Source: Camelus dromedarius (Eukaryota). From it: DNA of 64,000 nucleotides. The notes under the pieces were generated by a model. It worked only from the letters and a program-made list of their open reading frames with translations, did no database searches and was not told where the DNA came from. Below are positions 1-13,830 of the stretch, one piece after another. The position numbers and the translations under genes are program-made. Within the stretch, counting starts at the first letter, position 1, and each line of letters starts with the position of its first letter. The DNA lies in the NCBI RefSeq assembly GCF_036321535.1, contig NC_087437.1, forward strand, positions 74,898,001-74,962,000. Direction: 5' to 3'.

Positions 1-329
1 TTGATAATGGAACAATTGCATAGAAATTCTTCTTTTTTGAGAAAATTATCCTATTTTACATGTATAAGTGAACATCTGTGTGGGCAGAGATTTTCTTATC
101 TCTCTCCTGAATTTCCCTTGCAAAAGCTAAATTTCCAAGTATTCAAAGACAAATTTGTCTCAGGTATAAACTTTGCTGATGTACCAACTGAATGCCACTT
201 ACTTGATGAATTTCTCTTAATAATTACGTATCTCTAGAATATATAGTCTTCCTAAAGAACATTTTTGTATCATGTACTTTAAAATGATAATCTGACTTGA
301 TTATATTCTTCTTTCTTTTTTCATTTCAG

Positions 330-409
330 AAAGTATCTGTATGTCACATCATCTTTTAAAGGGACATTTAAAAATGAAGTTAAAAAGGCAGAAGAAGCAG
401 TAAAGATAG
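330..409 (+). CDS. MORC1: MORC1 internal coding exon A (80 nt; (R)KYLYVTSSFKGTFKNEVKKAEEAVKI)
   Basis: Polypyrimidine tract with tttcag acceptor and gtatgt donor. The peptide matches recalled human MORC1 RKYLYVTSSFKGAFKDEVKKAEEAVKI. Phase 2 in, phase 1 out. Confidence 0.95.
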
Positions 410-1089
410 GTATGTAATTACCTATGGGCTACATCATTATTGTTACTTTATTCAGCAAACATTAAGTGAGCAATTATGCTGAGACATACCCTGCTCTAAG
501 CATTGTAGAAATAACCACAATTAATCAGTTGTAATTCCTACCTCTAAGGAACTTCATTAACACATTTTCCATCTTTGGTTTTATCTAGTTATGATATTAT
601 TTATTATTATGAATATAATTCAAGCTCTAAGTACACATTTGAAACTAGATTGTTATATTTAGAAACGCTGGTTGTCCTGATGATGAGTGAGATCATTTTA
701 GAGACTCGTGTTGCATCCGCTTTAAGAAGGAATGTTCTATACATTCACTCCTTCCACAGAAGGACAAAACCATTTTTTCCCAGTGATCCTGGAGTGACAA
801 GTAGCTCTTTATCCATATTTCATTGGTTTTAGAGAGTTTTCAGTCGGCCAAATGTTCAGACCTGACTTTTGAATTTGTATGTGTACGTGTGTGCCCTATA
901 AACTGTTGTGCATTAGAGGAAGCCAAGGATGGCTACCTGCTCTTGGAATGCATAAAAGCTATAGGAGGAATATAGGATTTTCCGAGATCATTATCTTTAA
1001 GCCATTCTTACTAGTTATAGAGATGACTAAAATGTTCACTTAAAAATACTTGAAAGAGTGACATTTTATTATCTTAATTTTGTTTCTAG

Positions 1090-1163
1090 CTGAACTCACA
1101 CTGAAAGAAGTACAAATTGAAACAAACAACTCTGACAGAACTTCCTTGTCTTCTCCTGCCAAG
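1090..1163 (+). CDS. MORC1: MORC1 coding exon B (74 nt; AELTLKEVQIETNNSDRTSLSSPAK), coiled-coil insertion
   Basis: ttctag acceptor and AAG|gtggga donor. Phase 1 in, 0 out, fitting the neighbours. Resembles human AESILKEAQIKVNQCDRTSLSSAK. Confidence 0.92.
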
Positions 1164-3319
1164 GTGGGACATAGAGAGTCAGTCTTCTTAAATGGCAAAC
1201 AGTGTCATTTGCTTTTTCTTGTACACAGTTGTCTCTTACCACTTACTTTCTAGACTTTTAAACAGAGGCAAACTCAGAAGATTAATTTTAACACAGATAA
1301 ACAGAATAGCTGAGTGCAGAGAAAGGAGCAAAAACTCGGCAAGGTGAGTGAGGAGAAGGCTGAGATTGAGAGAGAAGATGAATAAATTGTGGGGTGAATT
1401 GGGAACCGTGGAGAAGAGCATCACAGCTCATGTCTTTAAAATGAAGAGTCATATGAGAAAAAGAGAAAATAATGAAAAGCTAGCAGAAAAAACTAGCCTA
1501 TCAAGTCTCCTTGAAAATATCTTTTCAAATTATAGCTCCCTATGGACCTAAATAAATGGGGAGAGCAAGGAGGAGACTAATAAGCAATCCTTCTTTCCAG
1601 TGCTAGGAGTTATGTGCTATAATTATGAATATTAATAACAGTGCTTCCAGCTTACAAAGCTCTTTTCTTATGAGTTGCTCCACACAATCCATAAACATCC
1701 TCTTAATCCTTGCGCTATGCCCATGAGTAAGATAGGTTATAAAGAACTATTATTATTAATTATAGTTCGTAGCAACTAGGAAAAAAAAAGAATATTGCTG
1801 CAGGACATGTATTGTAAGTTTGCTAACTTTTAGCAAGACATGGTACCAAGCTTTCTACCATGGTGAATCATTGCACAACACATTTATTTGCTTGCATACA
1901 GTGGTAGAAGGAGGTGTATGGAGAAAAAAATGTTTCACTTCACCTTTTCTTCATCCTCTTCTACAGACTCACTGTATGAATTCTTTCTGTAATTTGTCCT
2001 TAAACTTTCAAGGACCAGAGCTGTGTCTGATAAAGAGCTCTCATATCTAAGGGTCATGAATATGCGGTGGAATTAAAGAGTAGCACATGTTAATTCCCCA
2101 AAGCTGTCCATGGCTTTCCCCAAATTCTCTTTTATCTTTTTCTTTTCATTTTTTTTTAAGTTAAATATAGACCTATCTTATTGTTACTGATTTTTAAAGA
2201 AAAGTTTAATCTTTCTTTATTTCATCTCTAAAAATCAGTTTCCTTGGCTTTATGTATTTGTGAGACAAGAGAAACAGACTCTAATAGGTCAGGACCTCAC
2301 TTTCTTCTTCCCTTAGCACTTTACATCTCGCTCTCTCTTTGCTCGGTGCTCTAAGTGCATTGACGGGAAGGGTGGGGATGTCTTTGACCAGCTTGCTTTG
2401 ATGCTCTGATGCACACTGGTTTCTTTAACTCAGAGAAGAGAGCAAAGTAGAATGACCTCAGCTTTTGACCTCTGAAATTCCTCTAGGCAGTTGAGTAGTT
2501 GAATTTGAAGTGAAATACTCACCAACAATTTACCATTTTCTTTTACTTTAAAGTCAGTGAAAACAAGGTTCAGTCAGTGGTATACCCATCAAATGAGATG
2601 CCCATCTTTCACTTCAGGTGGATACAGTACATTAAAAGTCTGTTCTTATTTGTGAGATAGTAATAATGCATAATTTCTTTTCTGCCTGACTGGAGGGAAC
2701 ATTCTGGAGATAGGGCAGTGAATGAGTTAATATATCAAATTAAAAGAGAAGGAAGACAGATGGGCACTGGTATAGGACCTGTGAGAGGGAGAAAGTGGGG
2801 GGATGGGATTGCCTATCAAGGGAAAGTTTGGGGAGTATGGAACTTGGTAAAAAGGAGACATTTTCTTTGGCCTTTGACAAATTTTTTAATTGTAATCTCC
2901 GCCCACTCCCGAAAGAAGCCTTAGTGGTGGATCACGTGATTCAGTGTTTTATGTTCTCACAGACCAAAGTCAGAGTCTAGGTACATTGAATGGCTTTCCC
3001 AAGCTTTCATGTAGTTTGTGTGAAAACCACTGTGACATTACAGGGAGCAGTGTCTCTTTCTCTGAAAAACAGAGAAGACATCAGAATATGTGCAGAAAGA
3101 GAACCTGTGGGCCAGAATTTGGTTTGTCTTCGTAGCTTTTGGAACGTAATCATTTATCAAGTATTTATTGAGTATCTTCTCAGGTAGAATTGCATTGGGC
3201 ACTGTGACCTATCACTATTACCCTTGTGAAACCTTTGGATAATAGGATAATAAATATCAGCTCAGTGCTCATTAATTTAATGGCATTATGTTCTCTCCTA
3301 ACCAAATGTGCTTCTCCAG

Positions 3320-3384
3320 GATGTATTACAAAAAGCTTCGGAAGATGTAAAAGCAAAGCATAAGATTCTTCAAGAGAAACGAAG
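3320..3384 (+). CDS. MORC1: MORC1 coding exon C (65 nt; DVLQKASEDVKAKHKILQEKR(R))
   Basis: ctccag acceptor and AG|gtaaga donor. Phase 0 in, 2 out. Resembles human DVLQRALEDVEAKQKNLKEKQR. Confidence 0.94.
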
Positions 3385-4739
3385 GTAAGATAATAAGGTT
3401 TTCTATTTGCTAAAATCCTTACACTACGTTAAAACATTCTAATTTCTGAGTAGGCAGATTTGGTGATTTTGTGAGTTTCTCTTTCTCAACCTGTGATATT
3501 TTATAATATTAAGCATAATATGGTCACAATCCCCCAACCAACATAACTAATGGAAAGTATTTATAAAATCATATTTTCATGTATGCACATATTAACGTAA
3601 TGTTAAAACTTCTAAGCACAGAGTGAAAAATTAGTTCAGTGTCTGATTGGATGAGGAAGAGAACTTCCCAGGAGATCAGCTGCCAGCTTCATTTTCTCTG
3701 TGTCCTTTACCATTTAAACTCTGGAGGATTGGTTCCAATTCCTTCCCTTTTCTAGCACTGCTTACAGTTTAAGATAGAATATATTTCAAATAAATGTGTC
3801 ACTTATATATGGGCAAAATAAAAATAGCAAGCCTATATTACAAAACCATTATTTTCATTGGTAAGGTTGACTTGCTGTCCAGCTCAGGTGTTAAGCAAGT
3901 TAAACTGAAAGTAATCACTGTTGTCAAGTAAAGTCACACTTTAAAAACCATGATAATTTCAAGAAACAAATTTCTAGGGAAGAATTACTAGTTTTAAGCA
4001 TTTTTTTGTGAACCATAAAGTGCTGTATAACCATAACTTTCCTCAAAATTTAAATTGGAAATGTTAATTTTGCATTCATCAAAATTAATATTAAATAAAT
4101 GCCATAGAAATCTTCATTGAAAAGCAAAGGCCTCTTTAAAGTCCTCAGAAAGAAAAAGATGGTTGTTGACTTTTTTGCCATCATAATGATAGGCGTGAAA
4201 GGTGACCAACCTGTATTTTATAAAGCCAGTTGACATGAACTTGTCTTTATAGCAGAATGCTTTTTTAAAATGTAAAGACAATCAGTATGCCACGTAACAT
4301 CACAGAGTAATATCCTCTAACACCCTGTTTTGGGATCCCTTACAAAGTCAGTATTCTTTTTTGTGGAACAATAGTGATTTAATTATTGAGTAGACATTTT
4401 TGAAAAAAAATTTGATTCATACATATTTAACCCGACATGTATATGCGTTTAAAAATACGTAATATATGTCAGTCACTCCCTCAGAAAGTCTGATGTACTC
4501 TGTGTATCATATCCACATAAAAGGACTGATAGAACTTTATCATTGTCCTTTAGTGATGGATACCTCTAATCAGTCCAGTAACTATGTTATGTCAGTTGTA
4601 ATGGCCCATGGCCATGAATTTGAAAAGAAAAGCTGTTTTTGTGGAATGAGAGGAGCTACAGAATGGGTGGAGAGGAAGAGTTATATTTGGTACTATTCTT
4701 GGTTGAGAAAAGAAAATAACATTTGCTAGGCTCCTAATC

Positions 4740-4930
4740 AGTTCACATTATATTTACATCATCTCCTCTAGTCCTCTCGGCATCCCAAGTGGCTGGGCAG
4801 GTATTATTCCCATTTTTTCAGGTGAGACAGAAAGTTGAAGTCACTCATCCATAGTCGCAGGGTTATTCCAAGGATGAACTTGCATCTGAAGCCAGCTCCA
4901 TCTTTCTGGTTCTTACATCCAGGTGCTTTT
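4740..4930. mobile_element. MIR SINE
   Basis: MIR core-like 'gtattattcccattttttcaggtgagacagaaagttgaagtcactcatccatagtc'. Confidence 0.65.
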
Positions 4931-5585
4931 CATGCTCCAAGCAGCATCCTGTTACTGTGGTTGTTTCTATCATTTCCTGCTATGTATCAATTTCTGTCTT
5001 TACACTTTTAATGCAAAAGTCACATAAAACATAGCATAGCAGACAGAGTAAGAAAAACCGGAGCTAATATCTGTTACCCTTGTAAACTTGCTGTATTAAC
5101 TTTGACTTATCTTTAATTTTGGAAAAAGAAAACTAAAGAATATCTTTTGTCACATTCCAATCTATGTAGGATATTTGGAGGTGTGAGAACATGCTGAAAA
5201 TTAGAAATCGCATCCAGTGTTTAGAAACACCTAAATTTTAAAATAGTCAAAATCATTTTTCAAAAATGCTGCAGTGTACTTATTAGACCAGTTAACATTT
5301 CACAGCTCCTTTGCACTTTCTAGTTCTTATAAATTTAAATTGGTAAACTCATTTTTGAGTCAAAGAATGCTTGTGTTTGACTGGTTTAATTATTGGCTAT
5401 CATGTTTATGCAAAATACTTGGCTATACAGAGGTACTGAGTTGCCCACGAGGTTTTGCAAAATACCTGGATGTTTTATTTACAGTTCCTTTAATGTTTAC
5501 CTTCTGAGTTTAATTATTAACAGTCTGTAAATTGTATATTTTTATTAAATAAAACTTTTTTTTAACTTTCTAAATGTAATGCTAG

Positions 5586-5729
5586 AGAATTAAAAAAAGC
5601 AAGGACACTCTCCCTGTTCTTTGGAGTGAACATAGAAAACCAAAGCCAAGCTGGGATGTTCATTTACAGTAATAACCGCTTGATCAAAATGCATGAGAAA
5701 GTGGGCCCACAACTAAAACTGAAGTCCTT
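5586..5729 (+). CDS. MORC1: MORC1 coding exon D (144 nt; ELKKARTLSLFFGVNIENQSQAGMFIYSNNRLIKMHEKVGPQLKLKS(L)), S5-like fold
   Basis: ctag acceptor and gtaagt donor. Contains the MORC-family GMFIYSNNRLIK motif. Phase 2 in, 2 out. Confidence 0.97.
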
Positions 5730-6329
5730 GTAAGTATGTTTTTGTTTTCAGAGGCACAGGCAGGATGAGAGAGGTTGCAGTAAGATTCTGTCTGTGGAGT
5801 TAGATAAGTGATTAATCATAATGGGAGCAGGTGTCCTATCCTCTGTCCACCCTTCCCATCAGTGCACAAGCAATATTCTGCCTGATTCATAATATTGGTG
5901 GAGCTGCATGCCTGCTGTACAGAAAAAGCATGCTTTTGGAAACTTTACCATTTCTTGTCCTATCTACTTTGGTTACATTTTAATATTTCACCAATTTATA
6001 AATAATCTAAGCAGAGTGAAGAAATATTAGAAGAGAAAAATCTGTAGCCTTATAACGCAGCCCTGTTAACATTTTGTGCAGCCCTTGTGTGTATGAGTTC
6101 CTGCCAGTTACCTGCATGAGCCTATGTTAGTAACACTCTCCAGCCTGTTTGGATTCCAGAGTACTTTCCCAGTGGTCTGAAACTCCACCAGCTTCTCTCA
6201 TGAATTATGGAGTCCTGAAGAGAGACCATAGAAAAGTGCAGAGGCAGACAGGATAACCGTGACCAGAAGAATGGCTCAGGGCAACATCCGTTTCATCTTG
6301 CTTCCTCGCTTCGGGGAATTGGTGGTTCA

Positions 6330-7085
6330 CTTCTTTGTTCATTCAGCAAGTTCTTGTATTGCAATGTCCTGTGCATACACATGCAAGCCAGGTGCTTACC
6401 AAGCTCTGCAGACAAAATGGTGAAGACCTACTACTTTTTGCTAAGGAACTTGTAGTCCAGTGAGATGGACAAGTGTATGCATACATATCTTTTATGTTGT
6501 GTGGGAACAGCAAGAATGATCTTTTAAAACATAAATTAGTTTACTCTCCTGCTTAAAATCCCAGTGCATGTGGAATAGAACATAGTCTTCCGGTAATCTG
6601 GCTTCTGCCTGGCTCTGGGGCACCCCTGCCCACACCTACCCTCAGTGCATTCCCCTCACACCAGCAGGCTTCCTGTTCCTCACCCGTCCTAAGCTCCTTC
6701 CTGCTTAGGAAGCCTTGACATTTGCTGTTCCCCCTGCCTTGAACCTTCTGTCCTCAGATCTCACTGCTGGTCCTAGCATGTCACCCAGGCACCAGCTCTG
6801 AAGTCCCCTCCACAGGAAGGTCTTGCTGGACTGTCTAAGTAAAATTAGCCCTTGACCTCACCCTCTCCACCTGTCTCTCTCTTCATGTACTACAGGACCT
6901 GCTGTGTTTCCCACTCACTACCATCTGAAATGATCTTGTCACCCTTAATGCCTGTCACCCTTCAGTAGAGGAGAAACTTCATAAATAGGGACCTTCTCTT
7001 TCTTACTCATAATATATTGCTAGTTCCTGGATTGGGGCTAGGTACTGAGCATGAATGAATCACCAAATGAATGAACAAACAAATA
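6330..7085. mobile_element. L2 LINE 3' fragments (minus ~6330-6480; plus ~6500-7085)
   Basis: L2-type 3' ends 'ttcattcagcaag' and 'gaatgaatcaccaaatgaatgaac', plus the body motif 'actctcctgcttaaaatccc'. Confidence 0.65.
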
Positions 7086-7938
7086 TATGTTAGAGGCAAG
7101 TATCAGGTGCAAAAAGAGTCTTTTAGGAGGGGTGGTAAACCAAACTGGGGGAAGTTAAGCCTGCTTTCCTGAAATAAATGATGCCCACATTTAGACTTAC
7201 CGAATGAATAGTGAAGGGAGGGCAGGGTGGAAGGGGGAAGTGGTGAAAAACATGATAAGCAGGGGCCGCAAATTGGGAAGGCATGACTTGTGTACTGGGC
7301 CATGGGCGATGGGAGTCCCTAAGGAGCTAGACTCCTGGGTGTCCTTTCCCTAAACAGCTCATGTCACTGAGGAGAATATCCCAGCTGCATATACCATGAG
7401 CCGCTAAAAATGTTAAAAAAAAAAAATCTAGTTTATCCATCTAGTTGTTACCTTATGGAATAATCTAACCTGCATATTCCCTTAGTAGAATTCTCTGAGC
7501 ACCCGTGGAACTCTGCAATGAGGAGAAATCCAGCCTGACAGAGGCGATGAGGATGAAGAAAGTAACTCTCTGGCCAGTGTCATTAAAAGGACCGTGTCAG
7601 TGTATCACTGCAAGGCATTGTTAGGGGTGTTTAATGCTAAAAGATTGCCGCTTCCCACCCACCCTGACTCCCCATATAAGGTTATACATTTGGAAAAGGT
7701 GTCATATTAATTCAGTAATGATGTATTAAGAGATTTTTGTATTATGGAACCAAAGATACCTGGGATTACTATAGATTTATTTAACAAAATAATTACAATT
7801 TGTTAAACTCTGACATGGTCCAGACCAAATAACTGAAGTTATGTTTTGAAAAGTGATTTCAAAAGACCAGGGTATAGTTGCTTTTTCTTTTTCCTCAGCT
7901 AAATTTCATATAATTTATATATGTATGCGTTCTTCCAG

Positions 7939-8093
7939 ACTTGGTGCAGGTGTGGTTGGCATTGTTAATATACCCCTGGAGATCATGGAACCATCCCATA
8001 ATAAACAGGAATTTCTCAATGTCCAAGAGTATAATCATCTTCTAAAAGTCATGGGACAGTACTTGGTCCAGTACTGTAAGGACACCGGGATCA
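7939..8093 (+). CDS. MORC1: MORC1 coding exon E (155 nt; LGAGVVGIVNIPLEIMEPSHNKQEFLNVQEYNHLLKVMGQYLVQYCKDTGI)
   Basis: ttccag acceptor and gtgagt donor. Carries the MORC GVVG...EPSHNKQ motif and lies within ORF-track 7853..8128. Phase 2 in, 1 out. Confidence 0.97.
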
Positions 8094-9059
8094 GTGAGTA
8101 TTCAGTAGTCATAGTAAGAGATACTTAAGGGGGAATTGACTTTGGTGATTTCTTTAAGCCGGAATGATTGCACTGATTCAGGGAACCAGTAACTCAAAAC
8201 CCTGGAAGAGAGCACCTGCATTAAAAAAACAAGCATGAGGGAAATGGGAAGAAAGTCAGTCTGAAAAGCTTCCCCAGAATATTATGGGAAAAATAAACCT
8301 GCAGATTAAAAAATTGTAAGAGGAGGACAATCACAGAGCATATGAAGTGGCAGCTGATTGCATAGGAACAGGCAAAAGTTTGCTGGAAATAACCTGAGAC
8401 GCCCCCAGAGGGACACTGTGTGTGTGGGAGTGCAGAGCCCCACATGCACCCGATACCTTCTGTAGCATGGTACTTACATCATGCCATAGAATAATCATCA
8501 CTGACCCTGGATAACTGTAGATATATTAAAGCTTGTTTTGTATATCTAACAGGTATTGAATATATAATTCTGAAAGATTTAGATTAAAAATCAATAAAAT
8601 AAATTTGTTTGGAAACGTAAAAAGATAAACTCCAGTCATCCGGAAAATTTGACTTACTCAGATCGCCTCACTCTCCAGAGATACCTGAACAATGATGGTG
8701 TGCTGTGCATTAATTTAATGAACTTCCGTTAAGTTATGCAGACATAGGGCTTCATTTATGGAAAGAAATAGACAGGCTACCATGTATTCGTTCAGTGATT
8801 TGCATGAAGTATGTGTAATTCATGCATATCAAAAAGTATGTCTACCCTTGAGACAACTTAAAATCTTCTTACTGCTCCACTTGAAGTTGTAATTTCAGAA
8901 TATTTTCTTTCCTTTTGTACCCACTCTTCTTGGTCCTGAAATTTTCTGATACCAGTGAAACAGGAAAGAGCTCAGGAACTTAGGGGGCAAAATATAAAGG
9001 TGGAAATGAAGTTGGGGGCACAGATTTCCTGCCGAAGCCAGATTTTCACATCATGGTCT

Positions 9060-9225
9060 AAATCCTCCTCAGATGTGATCTGTGGACCAGCAGCCACAGC
9101 ATCACCTGAGAGCTTGTTATAAATGCAGAATCTCAGGCCCCAACCATGACCTACTGGATTAAAATCTGCCTGTTAGCAAGATGTCCAGGTGATGTGTATG
9201 CACATTAAAGTTTAATAAGCTCTTC
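9060..9225. mobile_element. MER5A-like hAT-Charlie MITE
   Basis: 'ggaccagcagc..agcatcacctgagagcttgttataaatgcagaatctcaggcccc...caggtgat..tatgcacattaaagttt'. Confidence 0.85.
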
Positions 9226-10629
9226 TCTGAATGATACATCCATGTAACTTTTGCTTAGCATAGGCATGCTTTTTTCACATGTACTTTTTTTTGTCTCAGA
9301 GACATGTTCGAAGTTACTCTAAATGTAGGAATGACTGCATTATTTGGAAGGTGTGCTTAAAGCTGTAGAAGACATAGAAATATACAGAGTGAGGTGATAT
9401 AAATCAAGGATCTACTCACTGGTCTTTAAATGCTAGCATGACCCGGTACAAGAGGAAAACATTGAGCATTTGAAAACTGTAACTTCCCCGTCCTCCTATT
9501 TTCTCTGTAATCCCTTCCTTGTCTTGCTTATCCTTAGAATAAGGGATTATATCCTCAGAAAAAGTTAGGCATTAAGTTTAAAGGTGATAGGAATGATCTC
9601 GATCCAGCCCCAGTTTACTCAGGACAGTCTTAGTCCTGATTGTGTGGGAGCTCTCTGGAAGTGCCTTTGCCTGGTGCGTGGGTGTTCTCCCAACACTACT
9701 CTCAGCTCCAGGATGTCACCTGCCAGCCTCCCCTCACATGTAACTTCCTCTCCCTATCTTTCTACCTAATTTTTCAAAACCTTCTCCATGGATGTAATAA
9801 GATTCAAAATAAGTAAATTGTATTTGTATTTTAAGTATTAATGATCAATAACATGTTGATTTCCTCATTCCGTAATTGCCTAATTTAGGCTAGAAGATGC
9901 TCTCACAAAGCTGTTCCCCTAGAAGAAAAGCAGAGGCTGGAGAAAGGATAGTGAGCATGTGTATTTGCTCACACACCTCACAGCTTCATCCCCAAACTTC
10001 ATTATCAAACCGAATCAAGTAATCAAGGTCAGAATTGGTAGTCTTGGGAGCTGTGCTGAGGAGATTAACCTTCAAGGTCTTTGCTTAATTAATTCCCACA
10101 GGAATAAGCAAAGTTGTGTAATGCTTGACTCATACTCTGAAAGCCAGTATTACAGGACACAATTTTAATGAAAATTATTTAGGTGGATTTTTTTGGCCTT
10201 ATAAATAAAAGATGCAATCTTTGTATTTGCTGTAAATCTGATCTGTTTCTATGGAAAATTGGGCTGCTGTAAAAATCAAATCAGCAGAAAGGGAAATGGA
10301 GAGGTAATGACTTTGTTTCATTTGTCAAATCTGCATTCACTTTCAACACAATTGATGCTGAGAATCTCAGAAGTATTTTTCTCATCTCTGAGTCTGTCCT
10401 TACTTCAGTATCTGCAATTATGTTTTCTGAAGCTTTGTTCATCCTTACAATAAAATGGAAATACTTATCATCAGCTTTTTTGGAGTAAGAAGAGAAGGAA
10501 GAGGAAAAGATATAAATATAAAATGAAATTTGAGTTTGAACAGGAGCAGTTACATAGAAACGTATTACTAAAGTTTTCCAAAATGGATCAGAAATAGCCG
10601 ATGTGCTAAAATGAAATCTATGATGTAAT

Positions 10630-11930
10630 GAGCACAACCTTTCCCAGTGGAGCTCAGATCACAGAGCATCAGGTTGTCAAGAAGGTTAAAAACCATTTAA
10701 TCCAGTCCCCCATGCTTTAATCCCCTCTACCTCACCCACCCCTGCCCCAGGCAAGTGGATGGCATTTTAAGCATGAGCAAGGGTTTCCCACAAAAGAAAA
10801 ACTGCTACTTCTGGAGGCATCCCATGAATCTTTGTGCAGCTGTGTTGGAAAAATACATTTCCATATTAATGTCAAATCTATTTCTCATGCATTCCTTCAT
10901 TCATTTATCTACGCTAGGCACTGAGTGTCATAGGACCAACAAATCAGACATGGTCCCCCCACTCTCTGGGAATTTACCATTGAGTGGGACTAACACAGTT
11001 TGACAAATGAAAGTAGGATTGGTGCCCAGCAGAGAAGAATGTGTGTGTGGAAGGAAGCCAGTGATCAGGAGCTCACAGTTCAGAGGCCAGAGAAGACCTC
11101 TCTGAGGAAGAGATACTTACTGAAGGATGAAGAGGAGTTAGCAAGGCTAACTTCATTCTTCCCTCTTGGGGCCATGAAGGATAGGCCTAAAGCCTTTTCA
11201 GATGGCAGCCCTCCAGATATTTGAAGTTTTCTGTCTCTCTTCAGTCTTATTTTATCCTCACATTTCCAAGTTCTGTTGCTATTTTTTATTTGACATGACA
11301 TTAAATATATTCACCATTTTAATACTATTCTTTATAAAGTGTATCACCTAGAAAAAAATGTCAGATGAAACTCTAGCAACCTTGAATAAAATGGGATCAT
11401 CCTGTCTTTAAGTTGTTGTAATTCTGTTGCTGTAGCCTAATATATTAATTCTCGGTAAGCACATTATTGACCCTCAGTGTCTTTATTACCAATTAAAATT
11501 CTTAATAAAATGTTTAATGTGTATTCTTCTTAAACCATACCTCCCTTATATTTTTCCAGTAAGTATTTTTGGACCCTAGTGTAGAATCATACATTTGTTC
11601 CTATTAAGTTTTATCACTTTATGAGGCCCATTTTTTAATATTGTCAGGACCTGTTTTGGAATTTAATGTTGACTTTTAACTAATGTGCTATTTTTCCTGG
11701 TATGTTAGGTTTGGCCAGTATTTTCTCTATGATTTTATTTAAATCCTATTGCGCAGGACAGGGAAATCAAGCACCTGGCCCTCCACTGGTGACCTCCAGT
11801 GAGTTAGAAATGGGACACTGGGTGAGGGCAGTTAGCCAGCTACAGATCTTCCTATTAAGCTGTCACCTAACTCATGTCAGTTTCTCAATTTTTGTAATTT
11901 TGAAAGTAAGGGCTAATATTTGTTAGATGA
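10630..11930 (-). mobile_element. Ancient L3/CR1 LINE remnant, interrupted by an L2-like fragment (~10890-11150)
   Basis: CR1/L3-like motifs 'ctacttctggaggcatcccat...cagctgt', 'cagccctccagatatttgaag' and 'gttagccagctacagatc'. Confidence 0.55.
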
Positions 11931-11960
11931 ATAATTCTTTTATAAGTAGACAGTTCTCTA

Positions 11961-12319
11961 TGTCTTAGCTTGGGCTGCTATAGCAAGATACCATAAGCTG
12001 GCTGGTTTATGAACAACATAAATTCATTTCTCAAAGTTGTGGAGGCTGGAAGTCCAAGATCAGGATGCCAGCACAGTTGGGTTCTGGTGAGGACCCTCTT
12101 CTGGTTTGCAGACTGCCGACATACTGTTGTATCCTCCATGGTGGAAAGAGAGTGAGCTATCTCTCTGGCTTCTCTTTATAAGGGCACTGATCCCATTCAT
12201 GATGGCTCCCCTTCATGACCTAATGACTTCCCAAAGGCCCTACCTCCACGTACCATCACAGTGGGAATTAGGTTTCAACATGTGAATTTAGGAAGGACTC
12301 AAACATTCAGCCCCTAACA
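11961..12319 (-). mobile_element. MLT1A-like ERVL-MaLR solo LTR
   Basis: TG...CA ends (tgtcttag...cctaaca), 'ggaggctggaagtccaagatca' and 'tataagggcactgatcccattcatga'; ~360 bp. Confidence 0.88.
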
Positions 12320-12594
12320 GTCTGGTAGCAAGATACAGCTAGCTGCTCACAACAAAATTTTCTTTCTCTTATGATGTATGTTAAGTCTCTGAGATCTCAG
12401 AAAGGCACTTCAGGAAAATTGAAACATCACATTCAGCTAGGGATATGCATTGACTAAGGAGGCCTATGTATATATTAAAAGGTGTCATACTTTTTAGAAG
12501 TCATACTTTTTAAAAATTCAGTTTTTGAAGTTACAGATTTTATGTACTTATTCTAGTGTATTTTTAGAATTTTGTATTTTCAATGTTATATTTT

Positions 12595-13830
12595 ATCTTT
12601 TATTTTAAAACATTTTATTATGGTGTTATGGGCTGAATTGTGTCTCCCTTGAATTCATATGTTTTAGTCCTAACCCCCAGCAACCCCGAGAATGTGATTG
12701 TGTCTGGAGAGAGGACCTTTAAAGAGGCGATTAAGTTTAAATGAGACATTAGGGTGGGCCCTAATCTAATGTGTCCTTATAAGAAGAGGAAGTGTGGACA
12801 CACAAGGAGACACCAGAGATGGGTGTGCACAGAGAGGAGAATATGTGAGGACACAGTGAGAAGGTTGCCATATGTAAGCCAAGGAAAGAGGTCTCTCAAG
12901 AAACCAAACCTGCCAACACCTTGATCTTGGACTTCCAGCCTCCAGAGCTGTGAAGATAAACATTTCTGTGTTTTAAGCCACCTAGTCAGCAGTGTTTTGT
13001 TATGGCAGCTCTAGTAAACTAATATATGTGGGAAATTGCAAAACTAGACAGGTTTAAAGAGAATATTATGAAATCAGAAACTCATCATCGAACCTCAACA
13101 ATTATCAACTCCTGGGCAAACTGTTTTATCTGTACTTTTACCTACTGCCCCCAAACTGAATTATGAAGGAAATTCCAGACACTATACAGTTATATCTGTA
13201 TATATTTTAGCATGTATTGTTAAAGAACCCTGTGTAAGAACATAACCACATTATATATATTACACCTAAAAATTATCAGTGCTTTTGTAATATCATAAAA
13301 TATCCAATCTATTGTTTTCATTTCTATTTATTTCCTGTGATAATATAATTCATAGTCCCTCTACTCTATCCTTACATTTCTCTTTATCGCTCACTCTTTC
13401 TCTTTCTTTTTCTTTTCTTTCTTTCTTTTTTTTTTTTTTTTTTGCAGTTTATTCATAGGAAAAACTCGGTTGGTTGTCTTACAGTTTTCATAGTTTAAAT
13501 TTTGCTTACTGCATTACTGCATTCTTTCAGTCGGTTTATTTCTTTGTAAATTGGTAGAATCTAGCAGCTTGATCAAATTCAAATGTGCATGTGTGTGTGT
13601 GTTTTTTTTTTTTCTTGTCAAGATACTTCATAGGTGGTAGTGTGTTCTATCAGGAGCCATATATTGTTCAGTTGTTTCTCTTTTAGTGATATGAACAGTT
13701 AATGATCAAAGGTCAGGTCCCTTAGGAGCTCCAAAATCTTGTATTTTAATTCCATTGTATTTTCATCACTTATTACTTCTAACACTTCTATAAGGAAGAA
13801 TGTCCCTTACCTACTGTTTGGTTACCATGT
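12595..13830 (-). mobile_element. Old L1MC-like 3' end, split by the MLT1B LTR
   Basis: 'attttattatgg|gaaattgcaaa...acctcaacaattatcaactc..ggcaa' resumes across the LTR. The same motif occurs at ~57545. Confidence 0.6.
12624..13026 (+). mobile_element. MLT1B-like ERVL-MaLR solo LTR with 5-bp TSD-like flanks (tatgg / tgtgg)
   Basis: Starts tgttatgggctgaattgtgtc and ends ttgttatggcagctctagtaaactaatata. Inserted into an older L1MC-like 3' end. Confidence 0.9.

Noticed and set aside
12484..12513. 16-bp-period tandem duplication gtcatactttttagaa (similar small duplication at ~48040)
   Set aside because: An ordinary slippage duplication with only two units and no spacer structure.
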